Source: Deltaproteobacteria bacterium (GTDB taxonomy: Bacteria > Desulfobacterota > Desulfuromonadia > Geobacterales > JAJYBI01). Taken from it: a DNA stretch of 64,000 nt. Made by a program: the position numbers and the translations under genes. Within the stretch, counting starts at the first letter, position 1. Each line of letters begins with the position of its first letter. This document shows, one piece after another, positions 19,299 through 27,435 of the stretch. The notes below the pieces were generated by a model. It made no database searches. It saw only the letters and a program-made list of their open reading frames with translations, and was not told the origin of the DNA. The stretch spans positions 47,784 through 111,783 of the forward strand of contig JAJYBI010000004.1 of NCBI GenBank assembly GCA_021779095.1, read 5' to 3'.

Positions 19299-20178
19299 GT
19301 TGCCGGATCTCCGTCGGGGAAGGCGGATCGCAGACCGGGACGGTTTCCCCTTTGGGAGGCTCCTCCAGGCTGATCCTGCCGAGCTTTCCCGCCCGCATCT
19401 CCCGCAGGAACGCCTCCGCGGCGCGGTTCAGGTCCACGACACCGCCGCCTGCCAGGCAGCCGAGACGCCGGCCGGACGCCTCAAGCAGCTCCGCCGGCGA
19501 ACCGGGCAGGCCGTCCGGCACGTAGCGTTCGACGAGCCGGTCCGGGTAGTGTTCCATCAGGTATGCGGCGGCAAAGAGTCCGACGTTGGCGTAGTCCAGG
19601 GCGCTGTCGCCGATGGCGCCGCTGGCGGCAAGCCGGTACGCCCCCGTCTGGTCCTCCATGTCCGGCCAGAGGAGCCCCGGCGTGTCGGAGAGCACGATGC
19701 CGTTCTTCAGGTCGATCAGCTGGGGCGTGACGGTGACGGCGGGGCGGTCGCCGGACTTCGCCACGTTCCGCCCCGCCAGCGTATTGATGAGGGTGGATTT
19801 CCCCACGTTCGGAATTCCCACCACCATGGCGCGCACCGGCAGTCCCGGCCTGCCGCGGTGCGGGGCCAGCGTCCGGCAGAGCTTGAGCAGCTGGCTCGTT
19901 TCGCGGTGCTGCTTCGCCGAGAGCGGCAGCGGCCTGACCCCCGCCTGCTGCTGGAAGTGGCGGACCCAGGCCCTGGTGATCGCCGGGTCGGCCAGGTCGT
20001 TCTTGTTCAGTACCTTGATGCACGGCTTGTTGCGGCGCAGCTCGGCGAAGAGGTGGTTGGAGCTGGCGTCGGGGAGACGTGCGTCCAGCACCTCGATGAT
20101 CACATCCGTTTTTTTTATGAGATCGGCGATCTGCTCCTTCGCCTTTCCCATATGGCCGGGATACCAGCGTATCGTCAT
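19279..20178 (-). CDS. rbgA: ribosome biogenesis GTPase A (YlqF/RbgA)
   Basis: Begins MTIRWYPGHMGKA and has the circularly permuted GTPase motifs NKNDL..(G4) followed by GIPNVGKSTLIN (G1). Confidence 0.9.
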   Translation of the reverse strand: MTIRWYPGHMGKAKEQIADLIKKTDVIIEVLDARLPDASSNHLFAELRRNKPCIKVLNKNDLADPAITRAWVRHFQQQAGVRPLPLSAKQHRETSQLLKLCRTLAPHRGRPGLPVRAMVVGIPNVGKSTLINTLAGRNVAKSGDRPAVTVTPQLIDLKNGIVLSDTPGLLWPDMEDQTGAYRLAASGAIGDSALDYANVGLFAAAYLMEHYPDRLVERYVPDGLPGSPAELLEASGRRLGCLAGGGVVDLNRAAEAFLREMRAGKLGRISLEEPPKGETVPVCDPPSPTEIRQPKEPLP

Positions 20179-20478
20179 GGCGGTCCGTTCCTTCTCGTTT
20201 GGTGAAATGTTCGCTGCAGGTTAGCACAGCCGGCGGAACGTGTGGGCGATAATCTGGCGGAAAAATGGGGTGAAAATGTAAAAGGTCCTCGCGACGGCCC
20301 TTCGGTTGGAGGTGAGATCGTTCAGGCGGGGGGCCGCGATGACGTCCGCCAGCTGCCGGACCGGCGGCAACGTGGGGTCGATTACGGATCGGATATTTCA
20401 CGAATGCCGGCATAGCGCCGTCTTTACTTCACTACCCCCTTGGGGTAGAATCCCCGAACCATCGAGGGGAGGTAACCC

Positions 20479-21744
20479 GTGCAGACAACCGTTTCGCAGG
20501 TCAGATCTCTTGGAATGAGGATCGTCGTCAGACTGCTCGCTGCCATTGGTGCGCTGGTGCTGGTGCCGGGATGTGCAACAACCTACCGCACGGCGGTTTC
20601 CGGGTTTCGGGATGCGCCGGTCTGTTGTTCCTCCCTGGCGGAGATTCCGGTAGAGCCGCTGAAGATGGGGAATTCCACCCATTTTACCCTGGGAAAGGGT
20701 GCACCTGCCTTCCGGTTCGATACGGGGAAGAGCTATTTCCGGGCATTTGCGCTTCCCGACGGGCCGTACCCCTACCGGGTGACGATCGACAGCTATCTCG
20801 TGGGAGGGTATCTGAAGTCGGCCTACCTGTTCCGGCCGCTGCTCATGACGCTCGATGCGGGCCGCAGGCCGGTCAGGATCATCGATGGCCGGGACTTTAC
20901 GGTGAACCGCGCCGGGTTCGTGGAGGCGATGTGGCAGGCGGGGGGGCTGAAGCAGAAGCTTGAGGGGAGCGTTACGTTCACCGATGCGAACAACAACGAG
21001 CGCTATCTCGTGGTCCTCACCACCGATGCGCTCCTGAAGGGGACGACCGCCGTGCCGGTGGGGGGAGAGTCGACCATGTTGCTCCTCGGGCAGGGGGGGG
21101 CGACGAAAACCGAGTATGTGCAGGTCCCCAACGCCCCCACGGGGCGGCTGGGGATTGCCGTGGCGCGGGTGGAGACGGACGTCCCGGCAGAGACGGCCGC
21201 TGCACCCGTCCGGACCGCGGCGCCGGTTCCGGCAGCTGCGCCGGTCGTTGCGGCCACACCGGTACTGCATGAAGCGGCTGTGGACCTCTCCGGACGGCCG
21301 GAGAGCGTCCGGCTGCACCGGAACGACGGCAGCGAGGCGGGATCGCTGGAACTGGGGAGTTCGGACCTCGCCGGAGCCCGGGAGCTGCTGGCGGCCGCCG
21401 GCATCGATGCGGGTGCGGAGCGGACGGTCACGTCCACGTTCCTCGTGGGGCCGACGACCCTTGCGCCGACGCGGGAGATGGTGCCGGCCGGTACCCCGTA
21501 CATCTTCTATTTCAACGCTGCCGGCAAGCTGGTCCTGGTGGTGGACCGGGCCCCCGCCGGCATCCCCGCCACCATGGATGCGTTCAAGAGCCGGTTCCCC
21601 TCCAGCTGGGAGACGGGGCGCACCCTCGCCTCCGTGGAGCTGCAGACGCTCCTGTCACCCTGCGTTGCACTTACGGCGGTCTATCGCACCGCTGACGACG
21701 GGCTCGACCTGGCGGCTTACGGCTACGCCTGCACGCCGCGCTAG
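20479..21744 (+). CDS. putative lipoprotein (hypothetical)
   Basis: GTG at 20479 lies 7 nt after GGGGAGG. Lipobox ALVLVPGC. Pro/Ala-rich central linker. The alternative start is ATG 20515. Confidence 0.6.
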   Translation: MQTTVSQVRSLGMRIVVRLLAAIGALVLVPGCATTYRTAVSGFRDAPVCCSSLAEIPVEPLKMGNSTHFTLGKGAPAFRFDTGKSYFRAFALPDGPYPYRVTIDSYLVGGYLKSAYLFRPLLMTLDAGRRPVRIIDGRDFTVNRAGFVEAMWQAGGLKQKLEGSVTFTDANNNERYLVVLTTDALLKGTTAVPVGGESTMLLLGQGGATKTEYVQVPNAPTGRLGIAVARVETDVPAETAAAPVRTAAPVPAAAPVVAATPVLHEAAVDLSGRPESVRLHRNDGSEAGSLELGSSDLAGARELLAAAGIDAGAERTVTSTFLVGPTTLAPTREMVPAGTPYIFYFNAAGKLVLVVDRAPAGIPATMDAFKSRFPSSWETGRTLASVELQTLLSPCVALTAVYRTADDGLDLAAYGYACTPR

Positions 21745-21747
21745 CGG

Positions 21748-22152
21748 CTACAGGTCCCCGGTCATCTCCTGCAGCAGGTAGACCTTGGGGTTCACCCCCT
21801 TTACGCAGAGGGCGATCTCCCGGAGCCGATCTTCCTCCACCCCTTCCTCCTGGTCGGTCCCCTGGAAGAAGGGATACCCCTTCGGCAAGGGAGTATAGGC
21901 GCCGTCCCGGGTGAGCGAGACGTCCACCAGGTCGTTCACCCGCCCCTCCGCTTCCCACGGGTCGCGGTAGTTGAACTGCCGCGCCACCACGTGCAGCCCC
22001 AGTCCGTTTCCGAACAGCCCCTTCACCTCGAAGGAGAAGTCCCGCGGCGCCCCGTAGTTTTCGCTATGCCCCGACCGCGACATGGTCCGGGCCCCCGCCT
22101 CTTCCAGCATGGTACGGACCGATTCCTCGGTCATCGGTGTCAGATCTACCAT
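21748..22152 (-). CDS. hypothetical 134-aa protein, last gene of the PerR/AAA/VWA operon
   Basis: ATG at 22152 overlaps the stop of the upstream VWA gene by 7 nt. The rest of track ORF 21748..22659 is out-of-context read-through. Confidence 0.55.
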   Translation of the reverse strand: MVDLTPMTEESVRTMLEEAGARTMSRSGHSENYGAPRDFSFEVKGLFGNGLGLHVVARQFNYRDPWEAEGRVNDLVDVSLTRDGAYTPLPKGYPFFQGTDQEEGVEEDRLREIALCVKGVNPKVYLLQEMTGDL

Positions 22153-23348
22153 GATCCCTCCGTCAGACGCAGTTCCACACCCCATGGTACCGGTCTCTCG
22201 CCGTCGCCGGTGAGGACCCAGAGGGTGGGGAATTCCATGGTTGCCGGCGCCTCGCCCCTGCCGTCGGTGAGATATATCACCGCCGCCGGTGAAGGCTGCA
22301 TGGTGCGGGCAAAGTCGAAGACCGGCCGCAGGTCGGTGAACCCGCCGCCGTGGTAGCTCTCGATAGTGGCGGTGATGCCGGTGAAGGAGTCGATCCGCTG
22401 GATCCGGCTGTTGGCGTACAGCACGGTGATGCGGGCCTCGCGCCCGCGGGAGATCTGCATCAGCTCCCGGGCGAACGCCTCCCTCAGCGGAACGCTGTCG
22501 GTGGATTCGCTCACGTCGATCCCCACCAGGAGGTTCAGGAGCTGGCGCTTCCGGATGCCGGGGGTCCCCTGGCCGAACCGCCGGTGGCTGCGGCTCCAGG
22601 TGGTGCGGCGGCCGGTGCGGCCGGCACTGCCGATGAACTGGCGCAGGATCTGTCGCCACGGCAGGGCAGGGGGGGCGAGGAGCCCGTCGACAACCGTCCG
22701 CAGCTCGCCCGGCAGGTCGCCGGCGCTCATCCGGAGGGCGTCCCGGGCCAGCGACCGCACCATCTCCTCGGCGAACTTTAAGGGCGTGCCGTCCGCATCC
22801 TGCCAGACGAGATGGTCGTCGGCCACGGCGGCCTGTTCCCGCTGCAGTTCCGGGGAGGTCCCCCGGTCGGCGTGGTGGCCTGCGTCCCGCACCCCGTCCC
22901 CCAGGCCGTACCCCTCCAGGTTACCCGTGTCGGGGCGGGCGGCCAAAAGGTCGTAGTACTCCTCGGCGGCCAGTCCCGGCGGCAGCTTGTACCGTTCCGG
23001 CCGGGGCGCCTCCCCGTCCATCCCCGGGATGGACGGATTGATGGCGACGTCGCAGCTCGCATCCCAGAGCCAGCCGTTTCTCCCCTTGCGGCGGGCCATG
23101 TGCAGGCGCAGGAGGTGGTGGATGCAGTGCTCCAGGAGCGCCTCCTGGTGCCGATGGTCCAGTGCGGCGAAGAGCTCTTCGTTCAGGCAGAGGGTGGGGA
23201 CGCCGCCCCGGATGGTGATCCCCAGCGGGTGGCCGGTGGAGAGTGTAGCCCGGCGGAGGTTGACGAGAAGGTTGCCGTAGAACGGCCGGTCCCGCAGAAG
23301 CCGGATGACGGCGTCCTCCAGGCTGCGGCGCATCTCAGGCGATTTCAC
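22146..23348 (-). CDS. VWA-domain protein with N-terminal putative-metallopeptidase-like domain (DUF2201/COG3864-like)
   Basis: The N-terminus LLRDRPFYGNLLVNL...LEHCIHHLLRLH is followed by a VWA fold with MIDAS GIDVSEST. The start is either GTG 23348 (14-nt overlap with the AAA gene) or ATG 23333. Confidence 0.75.
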   Translation of the reverse strand: MKSPEMRRSLEDAVIRLLRDRPFYGNLLVNLRRATLSTGHPLGITIRGGVPTLCLNEELFAALDHRHQEALLEHCIHHLLRLHMARRKGRNGWLWDASCDVAINPSIPGMDGEAPRPERYKLPPGLAAEEYYDLLAARPDTGNLEGYGLGDGVRDAGHHADRGTSPELQREQAAVADDHLVWQDADGTPLKFAEEMVRSLARDALRMSAGDLPGELRTVVDGLLAPPALPWRQILRQFIGSAGRTGRRTTWSRSHRRFGQGTPGIRKRQLLNLLVGIDVSESTDSVPLREAFARELMQISRGREARITVLYANSRIQRIDSFTGITATIESYHGGGFTDLRPVFDFARTMQPSPAAVIYLTDGRGEAPATMEFPTLWVLTGDGERPVPWGVELRLTEGSW

Positions 23349-24396
23349 GGGAGATCTGGCGGATGGCGTCGAAGACCACCCCGTCGTAGCAGTCCTTGGA
23401 GATGGCGCCGGCGACGGCGGGGAGCCGCAGGAGCGACTTCACCATGGCGAAGCGCATATCTCGCGGCAGAATGGCGAGGTAGGCCACCAGGTGCTCCTCG
23501 TGGGGAAGGGGAAGGTCGCGGGCGGCGGCGAGGGCGTTCACCAGCTCGTTCATGGTCATCGCCTGCAGGTCGTCGCGCTGGGCGGCGCAGCGTGCCTGTA
23601 CCTCGTCCCATCGCTCCAGCACCTCGTCGGCGGTAACCGGTCGAATCCGGTTCTCGGCGCACCAGTGCAGGAACATGACCGCCGCCTCGCGCCCGACGAT
23701 CCCTGCGTACACCTCCATCTCCAGGCCGTCGGGGAACCGGCAGCTGCGGCGCAGCAGGCTCACCATCTCCCAGCCCCGCTCCGTCGGTTCCACCGGCATC
23801 TCCAGCGGTGCCCCCCGGGCGGCGAGCATCCCGGAGTTCGCGACGAGAAACCGGCGCACACTGTCGTCCAGGCCGCGGCTCCTGGCGTACCGGTCCCAGC
23901 AGGCGTGGTCGCTTTCCACGTACAGCATGACCATCCGGTCGATGAGGGCACGGTCGAGGCTGGCCACCTGGTAGGTGCCGTCGGGGGGATTGATGGTGAC
24001 GATCACCCGGTGCCGGGGGGCGAGGGTGTGGGTGTGCAGGGCGCGGGGCTGGCCTTCGGCGGGAGGCTCCACGAACTGGAAGATCGCCTGGAGGGTGTCC
24101 TCCTGCTGGGCGCGGTTCAGCTCGTCGCAGTGGACGACGACTCCCTCTTCATCGGCGGCGGGCCACCAGGACGGCCGGGACCAGTGCATGGTCTCGCCGT
24201 CACGGTACGGGATTCCCACCAGGTCCCCCACCTCCATCTGGCCGAGCCGCAACGGGATGTACCGCTTCCCCAGGTCACGGCAGAGCTGGATGATGCCGGC
24301 AGTCTTTCCCACCCCCCGGTGTCCCACCACGCAGGGGGTGAGGTCGGTCCTGGTGATGATCTCCGCCAGCACCCGTTTCATCTGTTCCACGTTCAT
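23335..24396 (-). CDS. AAA_5 (MoxR/dynein-related) ATPase
   Basis: Walker A is VVGHRGVGKTAG and Walker B is VVVHCDELNRA. GGAAGAGG RBS. It starts 12 nt downstream of the rubrerythrin-like gene. Confidence 0.8.
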   Translation of the reverse strand: MNVEQMKRVLAEIITRTDLTPCVVGHRGVGKTAGIIQLCRDLGKRYIPLRLGQMEVGDLVGIPYRDGETMHWSRPSWWPAADEEGVVVHCDELNRAQQEDTLQAIFQFVEPPAEGQPRALHTHTLAPRHRVIVTINPPDGTYQVASLDRALIDRMVMLYVESDHACWDRYARSRGLDDSVRRFLVANSGMLAARGAPLEMPVEPTERGWEMVSLLRRSCRFPDGLEMEVYAGIVGREAAVMFLHWCAENRIRPVTADEVLERWDEVQARCAAQRDDLQAMTMNELVNALAAARDLPLPHEEHLVAYLAILPRDMRFAMVKSLLRLPAVAGAISKDCYDGVVFDAIRQISREIA

Positions 24397-24408
24397 GGCG
24401 ACCTCTTC

Positions 24409-24864
24409 CTACATCTCCCGCAGCACCTGTTCGTCGTAGATGGCCTCGATGCGCAGCTTGTGCCCCTTCTCCACGTCGGCGAACAGCTGCAGGGTCTTTT
24501 TCAGCCGGGGCTCGTCCGTCGCCTCGGCGGCAGCCAGGTACAGCTGGTAGGCATGCTCTTCCGCCTTCATGGCGAACATGAGGATCTCCTGATAGGTCAT
24601 GTCTGGGCGGAACGGGATGTCAGTCATGTACTCGGCGATCTTCATATCGGGTATCGCGCGGAAACGGTGCTGTTCGCTCTTCGCCAGGTCGATCCTGCTG
24701 AAGACCTCCTTGTGGCCGGCCTCTTCGGCGGCCAGCTCCTCGAACATCTTGCGGGCGGCGATGCTGGTGGTCTTCTCCGCCGCGCTCTTGTACAGCCGGT
24801 AGGCGGTATCCTCGCGCTGTACGGCGAAGTCGATGATCTCTTCCAGTGTCCTGTGGTCCTTCAT
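24409..24864 (-). CDS. rubrerythrin/erythrin-like diiron four-helix-bundle protein (no fused rubredoxin domain)
   Basis: Two E...ExxH pairs are present (EDTAYRLY..EEAGH and EEHAYQLY..EKGH). ATG at 24864 follows AGGAGGAG. Confidence 0.8.
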   Translation of the reverse strand: MKDHRTLEEIIDFAVQREDTAYRLYKSAAEKTTSIAARKMFEELAAEEAGHKEVFSRIDLAKSEQHRFRAIPDMKIAEYMTDIPFRPDMTYQEILMFAMKAEEHAYQLYLAAAEATDEPRLKKTLQLFADVEKGHKLRIEAIYDEQVLREM

Positions 24865-24924
24865 GTCTCCTCCTGTCAATGGATATCATCCTCCACGTCC
24901 GGGCGTGGAGCGGATGCGGTACGA

Positions 24925-25032
24925 TTACACCTCGCTGAAGTTGATGCGTGTCTCGCCGCACAGCGGACAGACCATAGGTGGTTCGTCACCTTCGTGCTGA
25001 TAGCAGCAGAGCTTGCATTTCCATTTCTTCAT
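24925..25032 (-). CDS. 35-aa rubredoxin-type zinc/iron-ribbon protein (below the ORF-track size cutoff)
   Basis: Hand translation gives MKKWKCKLCCYQHEGDEPPMVCPLCGETRINFSEV*. Two CxxC knuckles (CKLC, CPLC) are spaced as in a rubredoxin or rubrerythrin C-terminal domain. It sits between the Fur-family gene and the erythrin-like gene. Confidence 0.65.
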   Translation of the reverse strand: MKKWKCKLCCYQHEGDEPPMVCPLCGETRINFSEV

Positions 25033-25062
25033 ATCCGGGCTCCTTGGTAAGGATGGATGCGG

Positions 25063-25530
25063 TCAGACGCCCCGTCGGTTATCGACCTTTCCGGCGCAGC
25101 GGGGGCAGCGGCCGGTGAAACTGATGGTGTAGTCGTGAATCTGGAATCCGTTGTCCACCGGTGTGGGGAGCGGTAAACGGTCGAGGGAGGGGTCATGCAG
25201 ATCTACCATCACGTCGCAGCCGGTGCATCGCAGGTGATGGTGCCGGGCGGTATCCGCGTCGAACCGGGCCCGCGCCAGCGGGCTGTTGATCTTCTGGACG
25301 ATGCCGTACTGCACGAAGGTTTCCAGGACACGGTAGACCGTGGTGCGGGAAACGCCGGGGATACGTGCCTGGACCGTTTCGAATACCTGGTCGGCGGTGG
25401 GGTGGTCCTTCCGTACGGCGAGCGATTCCATGATGGCCCGCCGTTGGACCGTCATCGGCAGCCCCTTGCTGCGGCAGACCTGCTCCAGTTCGTGCATCTT
25501 GCTGATGTGAAAGTCCGGATGCAATGACAT
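25063..25530 (-). CDS. Fur-family transcriptional regulator (PerR-like by context)
   Basis: Contains MTVQRRAIMESL..HPTADQVF..VSRTTVYRVL, then HHHLRCTGC and a C-terminal CPRC pair. It is the first gene of the peroxide-type operon. Confidence 0.85.
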   Translation of the reverse strand: MSLHPDFHISKMHELEQVCRSKGLPMTVQRRAIMESLAVRKDHPTADQVFETVQARIPGVSRTTVYRVLETFVQYGIVQKINSPLARARFDADTARHHHLRCTGCDVMVDLHDPSLDRLPLPTPVDNGFQIHDYTISFTGRCPRCAGKVDNRRGV

Positions 25531-25533
25531 GTT

Positions 25534-25569
25534 GTTTGGTAAAATATTGCAAACGCATTAGTGTGTCAA
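25534..25569 (-). promoter_or_regulatory. candidate sigma-70 promoter of the Fur/PerR operon with overlapping AT-rich imperfect palindrome (Fur/PerR-box-like)
   Basis: On the minus strand: TTGACA (25564-25569), a 17-nt spacer, then TATTTT (25541-25546). The imperfect palindrome GTTTGCAATATTTTACCAAAC (25534-25554) covers the -10. Confidence 0.5.
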
Positions 25570-25611
25570 GCGGTTTGCTGCAGGTGGGGAGGGAAGGCGG
25601 TGAGGTGGGGA

Positions 25612-25637
25612 TAAAAAAGGGGCGCCCGGAGGCGCCG
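25612..25637 (-). terminator. intrinsic terminator of the small membrane-protein gene
   Basis: On the minus strand: GGCGCC-UCCG-GGCGCC followed by CCUUUUUUAU. Confidence 0.75.
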
Positions 25638-25727
25638 CATCACAAGAAGGAGAGTACTGCGTTGTGCGGGTGTTGCACTGGTGCGAACCGGCCGGGCCGG
25701 ACGTGTGGTGTCCGCGGCCGGGTGAGC

Positions 25728-25892
25728 TCAGTTCCGTCCTCTGGAGGAGATGAGCGTGGAATCTCTGCCCGGCGTGCGAGGTGCATCGACAGGAACTGCC
25801 GCTTTCTGCGGATGATTTCCTGTCAGGCGCCAGGCGATGGCCCACAGGGTGAAGCCGATAACTACCGTGATAAGGTCTTTCAGCAGGTCCAT
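25728..25892 (-). CDS. 54-aa single-pass membrane protein (hypothetical)
   Basis: ATG at 25892 lies 6 nt after a perfect AAGGAGG. Sequence is MDLLKDLITVVIGFTLWAIAWRLTG... with one hydrophobic helix. It has its own terminator downstream. Confidence 0.6.
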   Translation of the reverse strand: MDLLKDLITVVIGFTLWAIAWRLTGNHPQKAAVPVDAPRTPGRDSTLISSRGRN

Positions 25893-25920
25893 GGGAATCC
25901 TCCTTCCGTTTTCGCGCAGA

Positions 25921-25970
25921 AAACAAAAAAGCCGGATTGCCGAAATCTGATGACATTTCGGCAACCCGGC
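25921..25970 (-). terminator. strong intrinsic terminator located inside the 5' leader of the 54-aa gene (attenuator/expression platform)
   Basis: On the minus strand: GCCGGGUUGCCGAAAU-GUCAUCAG-AUUUCGGCAAUCCGGC (16-bp stem, one G-U pair) followed by UUUUUUGUUUU. It ends 15 nt before the RBS. Confidence 0.8.
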
Positions 25971-26051
25971 TGTCTGCGTGAGACCCTGTAGGCTTTCCGC
26001 CCCATCCTCGCGGATGGTTTAGTATTATCGTGTATCATTTCTGTTTGGAAA

Positions 26052-26080
26052 CATATACCTCATTAAATCCGGTGTCGCAA
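26052..26080 (-). promoter_or_regulatory. candidate sigma-70 promoter driving the structured leader
   Basis: On the minus strand: TTGCGA (26075-26080), a 17-nt spacer, then TATATG (26052-26057). Confidence 0.5.
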
Positions 26081-26149
26081 CATAATGTGTTTTAATTACA
26101 ATATTCCGGTTCGGTGGTGAAGCGGCATCGCGCAACCCGACCGAGCCGG

Positions 26150-26177
26150 TTGACAAGGAGGCGGTGGCTCCTATATG
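26150..26177 (+). promoter_or_regulatory. candidate sigma-70 promoter for the S1-domain gene
   Basis: TTGACA (26150-26155), a 16-nt spacer, then TATATG (26172-26177), about 47 nt before the ATG. Confidence 0.45.
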
Positions 26178-26223
26178 CTTCTTCATTACTGAAAACGATT
26201 TTCCGTGAAAAGAGGAAGGGACA

Positions 26224-27435
26224 ATGGACCAGGACAACCGTGACACCATGGACGACACCAACGAAGAGAGTTTTGCCGAGCTGTTCGAGCAGAGCTACCG
26301 GCAGACCGAACGGCTGAAGCCGGGGCAGAAGATCGAGGCGCGCATACTCTCTATTACCCGCGACTGGGTGTTCCTGGATACGGGGAAGAAGGGAGAAGGG
26401 GTGCTGGACCGCCGGGAGCTCTTGGACCCGGAGGGGAACCTCACCCTTGCCGAGGGGGATACCATCACCGCCTGGTTCGTGGGGATGGTGAACGGCGAAC
26501 TCCGTTTCACGACAAAGATGGGGACGGGGAGCAACGCCCAGGGCCAGCTGGAGGACGCGTGGAAAAGCGGCATCCCGGTGGAAGGCGTGGTGGAGAAGGA
26601 GATCAAGGGAGGCTTCGAGGTGAAGGTCGCCGGTACGATACGCGCCTTCTGTCCCTATTCCCAGATGTCGCTGCGACGGGTGGATGACAGTGCGGCGTTC
26701 GTCGGCCAGCACCTGTCGTTCCGTGTCGCCGAATACGCGGAGAGCGGGCGGAACATCGTCCTCTCCCGCCGGGAGATCCTGGAGGAGGAGCGCCAGCGCG
26801 AGCTGGAGTCTCTGAAGGAGAAGCTCGCCGTGGGGATGACGGTCAACGGCACGGTGACGTCGCTGCGGGACTTCGGCGCCTTCGTGAATGTCGGCGGCAT
26901 CGAAGGGCTGCTGCCGGTGTCGGAGATCGGCTGGACCCGGGTGAAGCATGTCTCCGACGTACTTACCGTGGGGCAGCAGGTGCAGGTGGTGATCAAGGCG
27001 ATGGACTGGGATGCGGAGCGGTTCTCCTTCAGCCTGAAGGATACGCTGGCCGACCCGTGGGAGAGCGCTTCGGTGAACTTCCCGGAAGGGTCCTACCATA
27101 CCGGCACCGTGTCGCGCCTGGCCCCCTTCGGCGCCTTCGTGACCCTGGCCGAGGGGATCGACGGTCTGATCCATATCTCCAAGCTCGGTGCCGGCAAGCG
27201 GATCAACCATCCCCGCGAGGTAGTGAATGAAGGGGAGACCGTGGAGGTGAAGGTGGAGGGGGTGGACCGGGACAGCCGGCGGATCTCCCTGACGCTGGCG
27301 GCGGTCAGCCGTGCGGCGGACGAGGAGGAGCAGTCACTGGAGAGCTTCCGGAAACAGGCGACAACCACCGCCTCCACATCCATGGGGTCGCTGGGCGACC
27401 TCCTGAAGGCGAAGCTGGAACAGGGGAAGAGGTAG
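26224..27435 (+). CDS. S1 RNA-binding-domain protein (four S1 repeats; shorter than canonical RpsA)
   Basis: Four repeats of the pattern G..v.G.V..i...g.fV.l..g.eG..h.se. AGAGGAAGG RBS. Confidence 0.8.
   Translation: MDQDNRDTMDDTNEESFAELFEQSYRQTERLKPGQKIEARILSITRDWVFLDTGKKGEGVLDRRELLDPEGNLTLAEGDTITAWFVGMVNGELRFTTKMGTGSNAQGQLEDAWKSGIPVEGVVEKEIKGGFEVKVAGTIRAFCPYSQMSLRRVDDSAAFVGQHLSFRVAEYAESGRNIVLSRREILEEERQRELESLKEKLAVGMTVNGTVTSLRDFGAFVNVGGIEGLLPVSEIGWTRVKHVSDVLTVGQQVQVVIKAMDWDAERFSFSLKDTLADPWESASVNFPEGSYHTGTVSRLAPFGAFVTLAEGIDGLIHISKLGAGKRINHPREVVNEGETVEVKVEGVDRDSRRISLTLAAVSRAADEEEQSLESFRKQATTTASTSMGSLGDLLKAKLEQGKR

Noticed and set aside
20432-20475. tRNA-like T-arm look-alike (CUACCCC-CUU-GGGGUAG, GGGGUAGAAUCCCC)
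   Set aside because: The loop length and sequence do not fit TΨC (no GTTCGAATC). There are no acceptor, D or anticodon arms around it.
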